Shown here piece by piece: positions 59,109 to 64,000 of a stretch of 64,000 nt of DNA. Both the position numbers and the translations under genes were made by a program. Positions within the stretch are counted from its first letter, which is position 1. Each line of letters opens with the position of its first letter. Source of the DNA: Nitrospinales bacterium (GTDB taxonomy: Bacteria > Nitrospinota > Nitrospinia > Nitrospinales > VA-1); assembly GCA_965262115.1 (NCBI GenBank), contig OZ253496.1, forward strand, positions 2,368,001 to 2,432,000, in the 5' to 3' direction. The notes under the pieces are model-generated. The model was not told the origin of the DNA. It was given only the letters and a program-made list of their open reading frames with translations, and did no database searches.

Positions 59109-60818
59109 TTATAAGTCTTTTAAAATATTAGGGATATCCTCAATGACTTGGGGGTAGGGGCGAAGATCAGACTCATTGGTTTTGCGGATTTTGATCTCAA
59201 CTTGTCCGGCAGAAAGGTTTTTGGGCCCCACAATGATTTGCAGGGGAATTCCCATCAGGTCAGCATCCTTCAATTTGACCCCCAGCCGATCTGATCGGTC
59301 ATCGAGCAGGGTTTCCAGTCCGGTTTCCTGGAGCCGGTTATAAATAGTATCGCAGGCAGTTTTTAATTCATCATTGGAATAGTTAACCGGGATGATAATG
59401 ACTTGAAAAGGAGCCAGGTTCCGAGGCCAGACAATTCCTCTGTCATCATGATTTTGTTCAATGGCGGCGGCGGCGGTGCGCCCGACTCCGATTCCATAAC
59501 AGCCCATGACCATTGCATTTTCCTTGCCTTGCTGGTCCAGATAAACCGCTTTCATTGCCGAGGAATATTTGGTGCCAAGAATGAAAATATGTCCGACTTC
59601 GATTCCGCGTTTGACCTGGTATTTTCCGTCCTCGCAATGCGGGCAGGGGTCGTTGGCCTTGACGGTTCTGAGATCGCCAAATTGTTCGATTGTCAAGTCC
59701 CGCTTGACTTGAACGCCGGTAAAGTGAGCGGAGGGTTTGTTGGCGCCGGTGACAAAATCATGCAGGGCGGAAATTTCGTAGTCCGCATAAACCGGAAGAT
59801 CGAGTTCCACGGGGCCGACATATCCGCAATGCAGTTCGGGATGTTTGGCGATGGCTTCCTCTCCTGCTGGTTGCAACCATTCGCAACCGATCAGGTTTTT
59901 CATTTTAACGGGACTGATTTCATGGTCACCGCGAACCAGTCCTGCTACCAGTCCGTTCTCATTTTCAAGAAGAATGGTTTTTACGATTTGCCGGGCAGGC
60001 AGGTTGAGAAACGCCGCTACGTCCTCCACTGATTTTTTTCCGGGCGTCTCCACTTCTTTTAGTTCCTGTGGTTCGGCAGGAGGTGTGGAGGGGGAAGGTG
60101 GTTTCGATTTCGCAAGCTCCAGGTTCGAGGCCTGACCGCACGACTCGCAAAAACCTATTTCATCTTCTCCCGAATCGGCGAGCACCGCGAACTCATGCGA
60201 AAAGCTGCCCCCGATGGTTCCTGAGTCGGCCTGAACCTGCTTGAAGTCCAAGCCGCACCTATTGAAAATATTGGTGTAGGCCTGCGCCATCTGGTTGTAA
60301 GTATGCTGGGTGTCCTTTTCGTCAGCGTGAAAACTGTAGGCGTCTTTCATCATGAATTCCCGTCCACGCATGATGCCAAACCGAGGGCGGACTTCGTCGC
60401 GAAACTTGGTCTGAATCTGATACAGCAAAATGGGTAGCTGGCGATAGGACCTGACTTCCTTTCTCACGATATCGGTGATGACCTCCTCATGAGTGGGGCC
60501 GTAGCAGAATTCCCGGTTATGCCGGTCCTTCATCCGCAATAATTCTTTGCCATAAAAATCCCAGCGCTTGCTTTCTGCCCACAATTCGGCAGGTTGAATG
60601 CTTGGAAGAAAAACTTCCTGTCCGTCGATTTTATTCATCTCTTCGCGGATGATTTGTTCCACCTTCCTTAAGACCCGAAGTCCCAATGGCAGGATGGAGT
60701 AAATTCCCGAGGCAAGCTGTCGGATCATCCCTGCGCGTACCATGAGCTTGTGGCTGATGACTTCTGCATCAGCAGGAGATTCTTTTAGTGTTGGAATGAA
60801 AAGCTTTGAAAAATGCAT
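59109..60818 (-). CDS. proS: Prolyl-tRNA synthetase with editing domain
   Basis: GPTHEE, FRDEVRPRFG, GIEVGHIF, MGCYGIGV. Confidence 0.97.
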   Translation of the reverse strand: MHFSKLFIPTLKESPADAEVISHKLMVRAGMIRQLASGIYSILPLGLRVLRKVEQIIREEMNKIDGQEVFLPSIQPAELWAESKRWDFYGKELLRMKDRHNREFCYGPTHEEVITDIVRKEVRSYRQLPILLYQIQTKFRDEVRPRFGIMRGREFMMKDAYSFHADEKDTQHTYNQMAQAYTNIFNRCGLDFKQVQADSGTIGGSFSHEFAVLADSGEDEIGFCESCGQASNLELAKSKPPSPSTPPAEPQELKEVETPGKKSVEDVAAFLNLPARQIVKTILLENENGLVAGLVRGDHEISPVKMKNLIGCEWLQPAGEEAIAKHPELHCGYVGPVELDLPVYADYEISALHDFVTGANKPSAHFTGVQVKRDLTIEQFGDLRTVKANDPCPHCEDGKYQVKRGIEVGHIFILGTKYSSAMKAVYLDQQGKENAMVMGCYGIGVGRTAAAAIEQNHDDRGIVWPRNLAPFQVIIIPVNYSNDELKTACDTIYNRLQETGLETLLDDRSDRLGVKLKDADLMGIPLQIIVGPKNLSAGQVEIKIRKTNESDLRPYPQVIEDIPNILKDL

Positions 60819-60863
60819 ACGCAGTATCCCGATGGTTAATGCAGATAAAGAGGAAGGATGATT

Positions 60864-62597
60864 TTATGCTCTAAAGGATTTTTGAGCAAGGGCAATATGA
60901 TCCGCATTATGGATTTCCAGCCAGCCTTTGTGGATCTCCATATAGTGGACGGCGAAACCCCGATCAATCATTTCCTGAATGAGGTCGGTGAAATTCAGTT
61001 TGGAGATATCCTCTGATTCCTGAAAGCGGCCGGTAAAATTTTTGAGCACATCGTTATAGGTTTCGAGAAACTGCTCGGCGCCGGTTTTGCTGAATCGGGC
61101 AAGACCTATGAACTCGTGGGTCGCGGTTTCCGGGTTTATTTTGTTGCCAATCTTTGCCACTGTATTTTCGCTGGTGAAACGGATTTCCCGACGCGTTGGC
61201 TTGTAGTGGTTCTTGGTGATAATGAAGTCGAGAATGTTTCCCTCTTCCGGCTGGTGATACTGGGTTGAATTGTCGGCGACGAGAACAATATCTTCCTTGC
61301 ACTCTGTCAGCTTGCTGAGAATCTGGTCCTCCATGAGGATGTCGGAATACAGCATGATGAATCCATTGGCCATTTTTTCCTTCGCAACCACCAGTGAGTT
61401 GAGCATGGACCCTTTCTGGTAGTCGGGGTTCTCTAGAATATTGATGCCCTCTGCATACAGGTTGTCCTTGCCATACCCTGCGATGAGTGTAATATCTGCA
61501 AGATTGGCGTTGCTCAGGGCTTGAATCTGATGGTCGAGAAGGGTCTTGCCGCAAATTTCGAGCATGGCCTTGGGCTTACCGTTCAAAACTTCCTTGAAAA
61601 CATGATCCTCCCCGGCGGCAGGAATGATCACCGGAATATTAGTGGTCTGTTCATCCTGCTGGTCTTTTTCCTTAACATCCAGAAACCCGACGGTTTTAAA
61701 AATTTCCCGGACGGGTGTGCATAAAGGATTGGCCTCCAGAGATCTCTGGTTGCGAAGTAGAGTCTTTGCAGTTTCCGTCATCGCCTGGTAGGCGCTGCGC
61801 AAAAGGTGATTGGCATAAATAACGATGCTGAATCCAGCGGCGCTCAGTTTGTCCTCGGTGATTCGGTTATAAGTGGTGGGCACGCACACCAGCGGTTTGT
61901 TCAATTTTAGATTTTTTAAAATAACCTGGTACTTTTTGGCAAACTCCAGGATTTCATCCGGGCTTTTGGACTTGGAGTGGATCATGATTCCATCGACCCC
62001 GGCTTCCAGGTATTTTGTGGCCCTGTTGAGTGCGTCTTCCATGGGTTTTCCGGATATGAGGCTTTCAATCCGGGCGATAATCATAAACTCACTGCTTTTC
62101 TGAACACTTTTTCCCCGCCGGATTTTCTGGGCGAAGACTTCCGGTTCTTGCAGGTTTTGCTGGACTCCAGCCTCCAGGCTATTGCGCTTGGGAAAAACCT
62201 TATCTTCTATAATCACCGCAGACACACCTGCCCGCTCAAGTTTGGAGACGGTGTATTCGAAGGTGTTCGCGTCCCCTCCCGTATCGCCGTCAACGATCAT
62301 GGGTTTATCGGTCACAGCGAGAATTTCGTTGATGGTGTGTAGTCTGGAGTCAAAGGTGACGACCTCGATATCGGGGTGGCCTTTCGAGGCCGAGTCGGTG
62401 AGACTGCTTTCCCAGATGGCATCGAATTGGCGGACAACGGTTTGTCCATCCGAATCTCCAGTCACTTCAACCGAATTGGCGATGATGCCGCTCAACCCAT
62501 TATGAGCTTCAAGCACCCGCACTGTTTTTCCTTCTTCCAGCAGGGCCTTGAGTTTTCCCCGGCGATGTTCGGGAAGAATAGTGTTAAGAAGGGTCAT
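60864..62597 (-). CDS. pepM: Phosphoenolpyruvate mutase fused to an NTP-transferase domain
   Basis: EAHNGLS, DGDTGG, EDKVFPKRNS (EDK-x5-NS), IARIES; then IIPAAG...KPKAML, YSDI, WLEI. Confidence 0.85.
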   Translation of the reverse strand: MTLLNTILPEHRRGKLKALLEEGKTVRVLEAHNGLSGIIANSVEVTGDSDGQTVVRQFDAIWESSLTDSASKGHPDIEVVTFDSRLHTINEILAVTDKPMIVDGDTGGDANTFEYTVSKLERAGVSAVIIEDKVFPKRNSLEAGVQQNLQEPEVFAQKIRRGKSVQKSSEFMIIARIESLISGKPMEDALNRATKYLEAGVDGIMIHSKSKSPDEILEFAKKYQVILKNLKLNKPLVCVPTTYNRITEDKLSAAGFSIVIYANHLLRSAYQAMTETAKTLLRNQRSLEANPLCTPVREIFKTVGFLDVKEKDQQDEQTTNIPVIIPAAGEDHVFKEVLNGKPKAMLEICGKTLLDHQIQALSNANLADITLIAGYGKDNLYAEGINILENPDYQKGSMLNSLVVAKEKMANGFIMLYSDILMEDQILSKLTECKEDIVLVADNSTQYHQPEEGNILDFIITKNHYKPTRREIRFTSENTVAKIGNKINPETATHEFIGLARFSKTGAEQFLETYNDVLKNFTGRFQESEDISKLNFTDLIQEMIDRGFAVHYMEIHKGWLEIHNADHIALAQKSFRA

Positions 62598-62878
62598 GAC
62601 TGGGCTCCAGCGATTTTATCGGCCTCAATTTTTTCTCGTATCCAGTCAGCCACATAGATATTGTCGAGATCAAATTTTTTCAGCGTGTTTAAAATAACGA
62701 TCACGTGTTCTTCGTCCGGAAGATTTTTGTCCAGAATAATGAGGTCCTCGCCTTTGAGTTTGCAGTAGCCGCCTTGTATGGCAAACTCCTGATCGTTGAG
62801 GTTGGAGATTTCAATTTTTATGGATAATTTTTCTGCGGCTTCCTTGAGGTCCTCAATCCGGCTCTCAATGTTTTGCAT
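62594..62878 (-). CDS. Hypothetical protein
   Basis: 94 aa, GGYCKLKG; stop overlaps the pepM start. Confidence 0.65.
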   Translation of the reverse strand: MQNIESRIEDLKEAAEKLSIKIEISNLNDQEFAIQGGYCKLKGEDLIILDKNLPDEEHVIVILNTLKKFDLDNIYVADWIREKIEADKIAGAQS

Positions 62879-62892
62879 AGTAGAAGATGTTT

Positions 62893-64000
62893 TCAGGTAA
62901 TGATTCGCATAATATCATTATAAAACGCGAACACCATGAGGCTGAGCAACATGAATATCCCAACTTGCTGTGCCCGTTCCCGGTTCCTTTCACTGACAGG
63001 TTTGCCCTTGAGAATCTCTATCAGGAAAAAGAAAATATGGCCGCCATCCAGAACCGGAATCGGCAACAGGTTGAGCAGCCCCAGGTTGATGCTCAAAAGC
63101 GCGGTCAACCGAACCAGCTCATTAAGGCCTTGTTCGGTATATTCCCCGTAAATTTGAAAAATCAGGATGGGGCCGCCGATGGAGTCTGCGGGGATGGAGC
63201 CTACAATCATTTTTTTGATGCTGACAGCGATCAGATAAATCAGCCGCCTTGTTTCATCAATGGCTCTTTTAAGAGCTCCGAAAACGCCGTATTTTTCCGT
63301 TGCCATTTCTCCGGCCATGCCGATGCCGAGCAGACCCACTTCTGCACTTTTGCCTTCAAGGTCTTTGACAACCTTAGGCTCGGGTGTCAGTGTGGTTACG
63401 ATTTCTGTTCCGTTTCTGAGGACTCTGAAGGTCAGTTCTTGGCCGGGCTTGTCGACGGCCGCTGTCTTCAGGTCTCCCCAGCCAAAAATAATAGTATTGT
63501 CCACCGAAACCAGAATGTCGCCTTCTTGAATTCCAGCCCGGTCAGCCGGGGAGCCTTCTTTAACATAAAAAACATTTCGTACCAGTGGTGTGATTCCGAT
63601 CAGCCCAACGTTTTCTTTGTCACCAAAAAGATCGCTGATTTCCTCGGAGATGGGGGTGATGGGGACATGGGCGATGCTTCCGGAGCTTCTTTCCACCTGG
63701 AAATCCAAGGAGCGGCCTGGAGACTTATGCACGATTTTTTGCAGTTGTTCCCAATAAAGTATTTTTTCATCGCCAATGGCTAAAATGCGGTCGCCGGTTT
63801 GAAGCCCCGCAACCAGTGCCGGAGACTCATCCTTAACCGTGCCAACAACAGGAGCCAATGCAGGAACCCCTACCAGATAGACGCAATAATAAATGGCAAT
63901 GGCAAAAAGGATATTGAAGAGCGGACCCGCGAAGGCAATGGCCAGCCGGTCCAGAACCGGAGCTGCCGCAAAGGACCCCTGTTCGTCTGTGGTTTCTTCT
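62893..64000 (-). CDS. rseP: RIP metalloprotease RseP (5'-truncated by window)
   Basis: AGPLFN, two PDZ domains, NLLPIPVLDGGH. Confidence 0.93.
   Translation of the reverse strand, partial: EETTDEQGSFAAAPVLDRLAIAFAGPLFNILFAIAIYYCVYLVGVPALAPVVGTVKDESPALVAGLQTGDRILAIGDEKILYWEQLQKIVHKSPGRSLDFQVERSSGSIAHVPITPISEEISDLFGDKENVGLIGITPLVRNVFYVKEGSPADRAGIQEGDILVSVDNTIIFGWGDLKTAAVDKPGQELTFRVLRNGTEIVTTLTPEPKVVKDLEGKSAEVGLLGIGMAGEMATEKYGVFGALKRAIDETRRLIYLIAVSIKKMIVGSIPADSIGGPILIFQIYGEYTEQGLNELVRLTALLSINLGLLNLLPIPVLDGGHIFFFLIEILKGKPVSERNRERAQQVGIFMLLSLMVFAFYNDIMRIIT

Overview
Bacterial chromosomal window, mostly housekeeping genes: PreP peptidase, tpx, mutS2, PII-yggS-proC, larE, aspS, Fe-S helpers, pit, desaturase, a two-component pair, bioD, ahpC, surE and the rseP-proS-rimP-nusA-infB-rbfA-truB-rpsO-pnp block. 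The gene content suggests a Nitrospinota-like organism (inference only). The notable signal is non-coding. (1) An intact IS110-family element (16088-17289) has a left-end RNA with a readable bridge-RNA architecture. One internal loop matches its chromosomal target TACCC-CT-TCGGG and the other matches its circular donor junction ACAGTTG-CT-TTGT. (2) That target is part of a ~40-nt repeat (TACCCC..GGGGCATGAA..ATATCACA) found 15 times here. The repeat appears to be mobile: it sits inside other palindromic repeats and inside copies of itself without target duplication. Also present: a 9-bp-TSD MITE, a TA islet flanked by a synonymously diverged duplicate of a gene 3' end, a candidate anti-SD sRNA, a structured leader before a TorD/DmsD chaperone, a lone PEP mutase-nucleotidyltransferase fusion, and several single-base frameshifts in short homopolymer runs that are probably assembly errors. 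All calls come from reading the sequence; no database searches were run.
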